Of a DNA stretch of 11,851 bases, positions 1-6,398 are shown one piece after another. Each line of letters begins with the position of its first letter. Position 1 is the stretch's first letter. The DNA is from a bacterium (GTDB lineage: Bacteria > Zhuqueibacterota > Zhuqueibacteria > Oceanimicrobiales > Oceanimicrobiaceae): the NCBI GenBank assembly GCA_046757525.1, contig JBHHYI010000128.1, positions 1-11,851 on the forward strand. Direction: 5' to 3'. The notes beneath the pieces are model-generated. The model did no database searches. It was not told where the DNA came from and saw only the letters and a list, made by a program, of their open reading frames with translations. Both the position numbers and the translations under genes were made by a program.

Positions 1-20
1 GCTTTGTTAAAAAGATTTAT

Positions 21-46
21 TCACAAGAGTTCTTGTGAGTTTTTTT
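21..46 (+). terminator. Probable intrinsic terminator, likely for a plus-strand gene left of the window; possibly bidirectional
   Basis: Perfect inverted repeat TCACAAGA(21-28)/TCTTGTGA(31-38) followed by G and a 7-T run (40-46). Confidence 0.55.
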
Positions 47-170
47 CTCAGCCCCAAACGACTGCGCACCTTAACAAGCAAAATCTTTTGACATCACCTC
101 CTCTCCAAACAAGGACCACATTGATGAATTCCAAATAGACGCGTTGCTTGCATGAAACGCTCTGGCGCAC

Positions 171-194
171 GTAACGCAAACGTCTCGTTTGCGC
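171..194 (+). repeat. REP-like palindrome with a GTAA tag
   Basis: GTAA followed by the stem CGCAAACG-TCT-CGTTTGCG. The first 18 nt recur inverted at 872-889 with one mismatch. Confidence 0.5.
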
Positions 195-299
195 AGCGCT
201 TCCTGTATATAAGCGACCTGCAAGGGCGTAGGAAGCTTTTGGGACACGGCACCCTTCTTCAAGAAGTTCAGCTTCGAAAAGCCTCAGAGAGCAAAGGTT

Positions 300-337
300 G
301 CAGAAGGTGACTTTTTTCAAAAAGATCACCTTCTTGC
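300..337. other. Long stem-loop, possibly the terminator of the small minus-strand transcript starting near 576
   Basis: AGAAGGTGA(302-310)/TCACCTTCT(326-334) plus CTTTTT(311-316)/AAAAAG(319-324). The U-tract on the minus strand is weak. Confidence 0.4.
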
Positions 338-444
338 CAGCCGCAGTACTACCTGGAAAGATTTGTCAGGTGTGACAAAAAGATGCAGGGATCAGAATGT
401 GCCGGAATTTAGAAGGGAGAAATTTCTGAGGAAAATGATGGCTA

Positions 445-555
445 TTAGTCGAAAGCAGTCGAACAAGTCAGAATTGTGCTCAAAGAGATGGAGCAGATTA
501 GAATCAGGAATCGGGTCAAAAACAATTTGGCCGGAGCTCGATAGGTGATATCCAT
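445..555 (-). CDS. Putative 36-aa hydrophobic small protein MDITYRAPAKLFLTRFLILICSISLSTILTCSTAFD (not in the supplied ORF track)
   Basis: Translated by hand: ATG at 555-553, TAA at 447-445. SD-like AAGGGGTG lies just upstream, a near-consensus promoter lies 28-55 nt upstream, and the protein has one hydrophobic stretch. Confidence 0.45.
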   Translation of the reverse strand: MDITYRAPAKLFLTRFLILICSISLSTILTCSTAFD

Positions 556-582
556 ATCACACCCCTTTTGGGTATGACGACC

Positions 583-610
583 AATATAACCAATAAAACT
601 ACAATGTCAA
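583..610 (-). promoter_or_regulatory. Sigma70-type promoter
   Basis: Minus strand reads TTGACA(610-605)-16 nt-TATATT(588-583), preceded by an A-tract (UP-like). Confidence 0.6.
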
Positions 611-871
611 GTTTTTTTTCATGCCCGGGCTTTTACTGGCCAGAATCCTGTACGAATAGACAAATGGTACCATCGTGTTTCCTCCGTCTTCTCCAGTGTA
701 GCAGTCGTTAGATTGATCTTGCCGTCTCGGTTTGATTGCAGTTGCAAGCTGATTGGCGTGGCCAGGCGGGAGGCTTGCTGTACCAACAGCAGAAACAACC
801 TGCTGCGAATGTCGCCCCGATCGGCCTGCAATTCTCTGCGTTCCAACCAAACACGGAAGGCCACAGTGGCG

Positions 872-889
872 ACGAGACGTTGGCGTTAC
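872..889 (-). repeat. Second, degenerate REP-like copy, inverted relative to 171-188
   Basis: Minus strand GTAACGCCAACGTCTCGT versus GTAACGCAAACGTCTCGT at 171-188 (17/18 identical). Confidence 0.45.
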
Positions 890-905
890 ACAGGGCGAAC
901 GTTGC

Positions 906-1229
906 CTACACATATTCTAAATAAGGATCGTTCAGGATGTCTGGAAAAGGGGTACCTAAATACGGTAATGGCTCTAAATGATGAAGTTCCCGCAGCAAGT
1001 GATAGGCACAAGAGGTCAATAATTGAGCTTCATCCACGGCGATTTTCCAATCGTCCCGCAAGATTTCTTCGAAGGTGTTTGATGCGGGCGGCAACCCAAA
1101 ATCCCATGCTGCACATAACCGGATTAGGAAATCTACTTTTTCTGGTAAACCGGTAATGTTGTCAGGGACCGGTTGCTCGGGATAATAACTCCCATCGATC
1201 CAGTCAAATTTTTCCCTGGCAGAATTCAT
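906..1229 (-). CDS. Hypothetical 107-aa acidic protein, candidate antitoxin or partner of the adjacent nucleotidyltransferase
   Basis: Protein-like composition; overlaps the 3' end of the upstream gene by 26 nt on the same strand. No family recognised. Confidence 0.8.
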   Translation of the reverse strand: MNSAREKFDWIDGSYYPEQPVPDNITGLPEKVDFLIRLCAAWDFGLPPASNTFEEILRDDWKIAVDEAQLLTSCAYHLLRELHHLEPLPYLGTPFPDILNDPYLEYV

Positions 1230-1911
1230 TTTTGAACCATTCTCTCAATGCTTGGGCCTTCCTTCTACTTTCCAGATTCTTGATCGATTCCAAAGGGCGC
1301 ATCCTTTCAATTCTACTTAAATGTACAAGCAATGCTTTGACTGCAAGCCTTACGTCGGGTTGTTCTACGCCCCGCTTTTTTTCACGTTCCCGCCACAAGT
1401 CCCAACAACGTTGACTTGTGCCTAAACCTCGGTGACAAATTTCGAAAATATCGAGGAAATCCCGAGGAATGCCTCTTTGTAGTAAGGCCGTCATTTTGCT
1501 TGCGAGTAAATCCTCAAACGAATCCAGTTTAACAGGTGCCCAGGAGCTTGGAAGAGAGGGCCGTAACTGAACGCTTCGTCTGGCAATTTGAAAATTAAAC
1601 ACAACCTGACTTTCATGAACCAGATCTAAACTGAGGACATCTCCAAATTCTCTAATCCTCACCTCCCCAAATCTTGCCAAGGTTTTTTCCAACAACGAGA
1701 TTACTCTTTTCTCATCTTTCTCTGTAGTATCCTGGTTCCACCAGGCATCCACATCCTTGGTGGTTCGATATTCGTGATAATGGGCTAATCCGAGAGCACC
1801 GCCCAATGAGATATGTTGTCCAAGCCCAGATTGCTGCAATGCCTCAAGACAAGCTAAGGCATATTGATTTAAATGTTTTGGGATCGTGGGTTGCACCTGA
1901 ATGAGACTCAA
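1204..1911 (-). CDS. Nucleotidyltransferase, AbiEii/AbiGii (DUF1814/MenT-like) toxin family
   Basis: N-terminal LGGALGL...YRTTKDVD (GG plus RxTxDhD catalytic motif) and C-terminal KMTALLQRGIPRDFLDI (KxxAxxxRxxxRDxxD). 235 aa, TTG start. Confidence 0.85.
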   Translation of the reverse strand: MSLIQVQPTIPKHLNQYALACLEALQQSGLGQHISLGGALGLAHYHEYRTTKDVDAWWNQDTTEKDEKRVISLLEKTLARFGEVRIREFGDVLSLDLVHESQVVFNFQIARRSVQLRPSLPSSWAPVKLDSFEDLLASKMTALLQRGIPRDFLDIFEICHRGLGTSQRCWDLWREREKKRGVEQPDVRLAVKALLVHLSRIERMRPLESIKNLESRRKAQALREWFKNEFCQGKI

Positions 1912-1941
1912 CGCTTCTAAGTGGTATTGTTTAATTTTTAA

Positions 1942-1970
1942 AAAATATCAATATCTAACGCGAAAATCAA
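1942..1970 (-). promoter_or_regulatory. Sigma70-type promoter of the nucleotidyltransferase operon
   Basis: Minus strand TTGATT(1970-1965)-17 nt-TATTTT(1947-1942) with an extended -10 TGn, about 30 nt upstream of the start. Confidence 0.5.
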
Positions 1971-2022
1971 GATAATTTAGAGCTTAAACGGTGAGAGACA
2001 GGTGCGCGGCACTTTCTACAAG

Positions 2023-2205
2023 TTATTCTAAAGGCTTGCCATCCGCCCTTGTGGGAACATGGGGCAGCGGCAGGGGCGAGCGAAGGTGCAGGTCGCCTTG
2101 CGGGAAAGGGATCTCAATGCCTTTTTCACGAAACTTCCGTACGATGATAAACAGTGGAAATTTTATGATTTGGTTGATCGCTGCCATGATATCTGTTAAG
2201 GACAT
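2023..2205 (-). pseudogene. mscS: Internally deleted small-conductance mechanosensitive channel (MscS family) remnant, 60 aa, still in frame
   Basis: KFREKGIEIPFPQGDLHLRS matches the characteristic MscS C-terminal motif (F...GIEIPFPQRDLH). Strong RBS AGGAG 5 nt before the ATG. The TM and beta domains are absent. Confidence 0.75.
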
Positions 2206-2273
2206 GCTTTCTCCTAATTTGTGTTTTGAGTAGAGTGGTTTCAGTTCTGTTGCAAGATAGGGTGGCCTTGCGT

Positions 2274-3518
2274 TTAACTTGGGGTGTCTTCTCTCCGGCA
2301 GACGATGCGGTACTGATCGCCATCCACAAGGACCTCTGCGGGACGCGGGCGGCCGTTGTAGTTAGAAGCCAGGGCATAGCCGTAAGCGCCGGCGGTCATG
2401 ATGGCCAGGCAATCCCCGCGCCGGACCGGGGGCAGCCGTCTCTCTTTGGCGAAGAAATCCCCGGATTCACAAATCGGCCCGACGACGTCTACTTTGACCG
2501 GACTCTGTGAGCTTCTTCGCAGCGGCACGATTTCGTGGTAGGCGCCGTACAGACTGGGGCGCAAGAAATCGTTCATACCAGCGTCGACGATGACAAAGGT
2601 CTTGCTGCGGCCCTCCTTGACGTAAAGGACCCGGGTGACTAAAATGCCGGCTTCGGCCACCAGGGCGCGCCCGGGTTCAAAAAGGATTTTGCAGCCTAAT
2701 TTCTCGAACTGTGGCAGCAAGGCACCGACCAAACTTTCAGGCGTAAGGTTGGCCTGGCCTGCTTCTGCGTCCTCGAAGACGTGTTCGTACTTGACCCCAA
2801 GTCCGCCGCCGATGTCGACATATTGCAACGGTAAACCCAGAGATTGCATTTCTGCCGAAAGCTCGATTAGTATTTGTAAAGACTCGGCGTAAGGTTTGAT
2901 CTTGGAAATCTGGGACCCCACGTGACAATGCAGGCCAATCAATTCGACATTGACAAATTCAGCCATTCTCGGCAACAACTCTTTCACCTGGGAAATTTCA
3001 ATGCCAAATTTGTTGGCCTCTTTGCCCGTGGAAATGTAGGGGTGCCCTTCGATGTCGATGTCGGGATTTACGCGAATGGCCACGGGTGCCTTCATACCGA
3101 ATTCGCTGGCAAGACCGTCGATGACTTGCAGCTCTTGCAAAGACTCCACGTGCAGCGCTAAAATGCGGGCTGACAGCGCTGCGCGGATTTCGTCGTCCCG
3201 TTTGCCAACGCCGGCAAACACGATTTTGCCGGGAACAAAGCCGCTGCTCAGTGCCCGTTGCAGCTCCCCGCCCGAAACCACGTCAGCGCCAGCGCCGTGA
3301 CTGGCCAGCAACCGCAAAAGCTCGTGATTGGAATTGGCTTTCATGGCAAAGCAAATTAGATGATCTAACGCGCCAAAGGCCTTGTCGATGCGCTCAAAAC
3401 TATTGAGAACCGTTGCCCGGCTGTAAAGGTAGAACGGCGTCTCCACGCTTCCCGCAATTTCTTGTACCGCCACTTCTTCGCAGTAAAGCTCGTCGTGTTT
3501 AAAATGAAAATCATGCAT
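2274..3518 (-). CDS. lysA: Diaminopimelate decarboxylase
   Basis: 414 aa with FAMKAN (PLP lysine), HCHVGSQ, DIGGG, EPGR, GPICESGD and GAYG..ASNYNGRPRPAEV motifs. Confidence 0.97.
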   Translation of the reverse strand: MHDFHFKHDELYCEEVAVQEIAGSVETPFYLYSRATVLNSFERIDKAFGALDHLICFAMKANSNHELLRLLASHGAGADVVSGGELQRALSSGFVPGKIVFAGVGKRDDEIRAALSARILALHVESLQELQVIDGLASEFGMKAPVAIRVNPDIDIEGHPYISTGKEANKFGIEISQVKELLPRMAEFVNVELIGLHCHVGSQISKIKPYAESLQILIELSAEMQSLGLPLQYVDIGGGLGVKYEHVFEDAEAGQANLTPESLVGALLPQFEKLGCKILFEPGRALVAEAGILVTRVLYVKEGRSKTFVIVDAGMNDFLRPSLYGAYHEIVPLRRSSQSPVKVDVVGPICESGDFFAKERRLPPVRRGDCLAIMTAGAYGYALASNYNGRPRPAEVLVDGDQYRIVCRREDTPS

Positions 3519-3581
3519 AAGATGCCTTGTAATTTGACTTTTGTTCAGAGAATAAATCCCACCAGTGAAGTGCCCAAATTG

Positions 3582-4373
3582 TCACTTGTTCTCCACCTGG
3601 TTTTGGGGAACGGCTAAACGGCTTGCTGTTGAGCGTAGTTTTAAAACCCAAAACACCAGCATTGTCGCTAACAGTGCAAGATAGAAACTGGACTTCAACA
3701 CCTGGAAATTTCTGGTGCCGTCGACATAATCTTTAATCAGAACGAACCCTAAAGAAAGGAGTGTGAAGGTCAAGAAGGGCTCGACGGCCTGGAGAGCCAG
3801 CTTATTGGTTCTCCAAATGCCCGTGCCTAAGAGCACAAACGCCAGGCCAATGGCGCCGACAAATAATTTTACCATTGCCGTGCCTGGAGCTATTCGAAAT
3901 CCTGTGAAAAGTTCGAAGAAGATAAAGAGACCCGCTGTGCAGCAAACGAGTCCAAAGGTCTTTAATGGACCAGTTCGTGTTGCTCCTTTTGTTGAATCAA
4001 CTTTGTAGGTGGTGCGTACTGCTGACAAGTTGGCGACCCAAATAAAAAATAGCGCTACGGCGCCCGAAAAACTCACAAGCGCACCGCTCCTAATTGACGG
4101 ACTTAGCAACAGATTGGTGGTGGTGACAAATAAGAATAAAGCCAGTCCCAGAAGAAATGCCCAACCCCACTTTCTTAGTTGCAAGATGCCCACAGTTGCG
4201 ATTAGCCAGAACAACGAATGCACCAGCATTAAATGAGACATGCGTAATCGAGTACCCATGATGTACATTTTGTTATTCAAGGCGCCAATAGTAATGAAAA
4301 TCCAGCCTGCTGTGAACAGTACACAAGATATTTGGAGCAAACGAACACTCAAAGGTATTTTGTTAGGTTTCAT
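3582..4373 (-). CDS. Hypothetical polytopic membrane protein (about 8 TM segments)
   Basis: 263 aa with eight hydrophobic stretches in two groups of four separated by a polar linker. RBS GAAGGA before the ATG. Confidence 0.8.
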   Translation of the reverse strand: MKPNKIPLSVRLLQISCVLFTAGWIFITIGALNNKMYIMGTRLRMSHLMLVHSLFWLIATVGILQLRKWGWAFLLGLALFLFVTTTNLLLSPSIRSGALVSFSGAVALFFIWVANLSAVRTTYKVDSTKGATRTGPLKTFGLVCCTAGLFIFFELFTGFRIAPGTAMVKLFVGAIGLAFVLLGTGIWRTNKLALQAVEPFLTFTLLSLGFVLIKDYVDGTRNFQVLKSSFYLALLATMLVFWVLKLRSTASRLAVPQNQVENK

Positions 4374-4405
4374 GATTCCTTCCGTTCACGAGAGAGTTGC
4401 CTGCC

Positions 4406-6106
4406 CTATCGCTTAAACCTAATGTCGTTGCCTTCGTTGGGCCAGCGCGAACGCACATGAATGCTGTCCGGGTACACGACAAATCTTTCTGCCGGCACAA
4501 AGGGGATGACCTCGCCAGGACTGTACTCGCCGTTTTCGTCCTGATCGCGGAAGCCTTCGATCAAATAGAGACCGGGCAGAACGTCGTCGAATTTGTAAGG
4601 TCCCGGTTGTTCTAACTTCAGGGTGTAACTCTGCGCTTTAACCCCTTGCTGAAACGCCTTCAGGTGAATGGTTCCGGTGGCGGTGGCGTCTTCGTCCACG
4701 ACGGTTCCTGAAATGGAAGAAAAGGTATCGGCATTGATGGTCGTGAAGGTCAAATGGAACACCGTGTCAGATAGTACGTTGCCGAACAAATCGGAGACGG
4801 AGTCGGGTGCAACCCTTACAAAATAAGAGGCCACACTTTTGAGGGGCCTGTCGGGAGAAAATTTCACCGAAGCCGGGGTGTCCCAGAAAAATGTGCCGCT
4901 AACCTGTTGACCGGTGCTGTCCTGCAACTGAAAATTTCGCTCGAAAGAGGGCTTTACCACGGCTTCGCTGAAGTCGAGTTCAATGGGAGCGTCCAGGAGC
5001 ACGGCCCTGGCGCTGTCTGCAGGGATGGTCTTCACAATCCTGGGAGCGAGGGAATCGGGCACCACGCTGCCGACAAACTTGACCTTGTTGAAGCTCGCGT
5101 CCACGGGATTCTTAGCGAGGTCCTGGAGATTCTTGACCAGAACTTCGTATTCCGTTTTGGCTGTTTGTGGCGACGTACTCAACACGATCTCCATCGGGTC
5201 TACGGGATTGAGGTAGGTTATTTTGACCTCAAGGGTATCTTTTGAAGAGGACCGGGTTGGATAGACGCTGAAGTTACCTGGCTCATCGCTGCCTTCTTGC
5301 CGCAGATTCTCATCGAAGCGCAACAGGAGGTGAGAACGATCCTTGGCCGAGGCCGAGATCAGCGCCGGTCCCAGCGTATCTCTGGCAACCATCCTAAAAT
5401 CCACATTAGCAATGCTCGCGTTGGCGGTCGAAAGGGTGACGTCCCGCGAGGTCACTGCGATTTCATCGGTTCCAACTTCGTAGAAACGGTTCTTGTCTTT
5501 GTCGCGAATGGCAAAAATGCGGTAGGTACCTTCAGAGAGATTGGCGAGCTTGTACCGGCCTCGATTGCCGGTCTGTGTGGCGTAATCACCCGACTTCTGT
5601 ACCGGATCGGGGTCCTGGCCGCTTTCTAAAAGGTAGGCCCAGATGAGAACGGCCTGGTTGCTCTTCTCAGAATAAACCCGCCCACTGATTTCTCCCTTGC
5701 TGATTTCCTCTCCGGTAGAGAAAGCCAGTGTAAACGACTGCTGCAGTGAATTGCCGTGCGCATCTTTCAAGTCCGTACCCAGTGTGATGACGTAAGTTGT
5801 GTTCACTTTTAATGAATCCAAATACTCGATGGACAGGCGGTGTTTTTTCCATTTGTATCTTACCCGCTCTCCCGGGTCGGGCGTGATAAAGATTGAACGC
5901 TCCAAAGTCTTCCGGTTCATGGCTTCGCTAAAAAGGAATTCAATCTTTTGAGTGCGAGGGACCAGGGTAGAGTTCTTGCGCGGCGTTACTTCAAGGATTT
6001 TGGGAGGCGTTTTGTCCTGAGGGCCGCCGGTCGGAGGCACCTGCTGGGCGCAACCGGTCAGACCAATAAGCAGCATTGTTGTGCACACCAAAATTTTCGG
6101 TAACAA
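4406..6106 (-). CDS. Lipoprotein with bacterial Ig-like (Big_5-type) domains
   Basis: Lipobox LTGC followed by AQQVPPTGGPQDKTPP. Repeated Ig-like signatures (D..PP.I....P...I...FSE.M/V). RBS TAGGAG upstream of the TTG. Confidence 0.85.
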   Translation of the reverse strand: MLPKILVCTTMLLIGLTGCAQQVPPTGGPQDKTPPKILEVTPRKNSTLVPRTQKIEFLFSEAMNRKTLERSIFITPDPGERVRYKWKKHRLSIEYLDSLKVNTTYVITLGTDLKDAHGNSLQQSFTLAFSTGEEISKGEISGRVYSEKSNQAVLIWAYLLESGQDPDPVQKSGDYATQTGNRGRYKLANLSEGTYRIFAIRDKDKNRFYEVGTDEIAVTSRDVTLSTANASIANVDFRMVARDTLGPALISASAKDRSHLLLRFDENLRQEGSDEPGNFSVYPTRSSSKDTLEVKITYLNPVDPMEIVLSTSPQTAKTEYEVLVKNLQDLAKNPVDASFNKVKFVGSVVPDSLAPRIVKTIPADSARAVLLDAPIELDFSEAVVKPSFERNFQLQDSTGQQVSGTFFWDTPASVKFSPDRPLKSVASYFVRVAPDSVSDLFGNVLSDTVFHLTFTTINADTFSSISGTVVDEDATATGTIHLKAFQQGVKAQSYTLKLEQPGPYKFDDVLPGLYLIEGFRDQDENGEYSPGEVIPFVPAERFVVYPDSIHVRSRWPNEGNDIRFKR

Positions 6107-6148
6107 AAAGAGGTTTTCTCCTAAAACAAGGTTAACCGGGATTAACTT

Positions 6149-6365
6149 GTGATTGACCGAAAACTCATCTAACGACTGTCATTTCGATCCGGCAGTTGCC
6201 GGAGAGAAATCTGGTTTGTGCCTAAATCAGAGCCCTCGACTACGTCCGGCAGAGCCGGACTCCGCTCGGGGTGACAATCAGGTGGTAAGACACCCCTCAA
6301 GTTGAAGCCAGAACGCAGTCGCCGGACTGCGTCGAAATGACATTTTGCAAGTTTCGGTCAATCAC
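6149..6365. mobile_element. MITE-like non-autonomous element, copy 1 (217 bp), with internal REP-like palindromes
   Basis: Perfect 14-bp TIR GTGATTGACCGAAA/TTTCGGTCAATCAC, flanked by the direct repeat TAACTT (6143-6148 and 6366-6371). Ends are 35/39 and 42/45 identical to the copy at 11480-11649. Confidence 0.75.
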
Positions 6366-6398
6366 TAACTTAACTGACTAACATTTCTCACTTGCTGC

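Noticed and set aside
163..178. Sigma54-like GG-N10-GC (TGGCGCACGTAACGCA)
   Set aside because: The -12 element is poor, the site overlaps the REP-like repeat, and there is no plus-strand gene downstream.
48..329. Minus-strand ORFs of 93 and 63 aa, and the SD-like GAGGAGGTGA at about 94-103
   Set aside because: The ORFs run through several hairpins and lack convincing starts. The SD-like sequence has no well-spaced start codon and no rRNA context.
599..1156. Overlapping ORFs 599-913(-), 619-864(-), 713-1156(+) and 736-924(+)
   Set aside because: No RBS or recognisable motifs, mutually overlapping, and they run across a promoter, a REP-like motif or the 107-aa gene.
6149..6365. CRISPR array or tRNA interpretation of the palindromic repeats
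   Set aside because: There are no regularly spaced identical repeats with unique spacers and no cas genes. The arms lack tRNA D/T-loop consensus and a CCA end.
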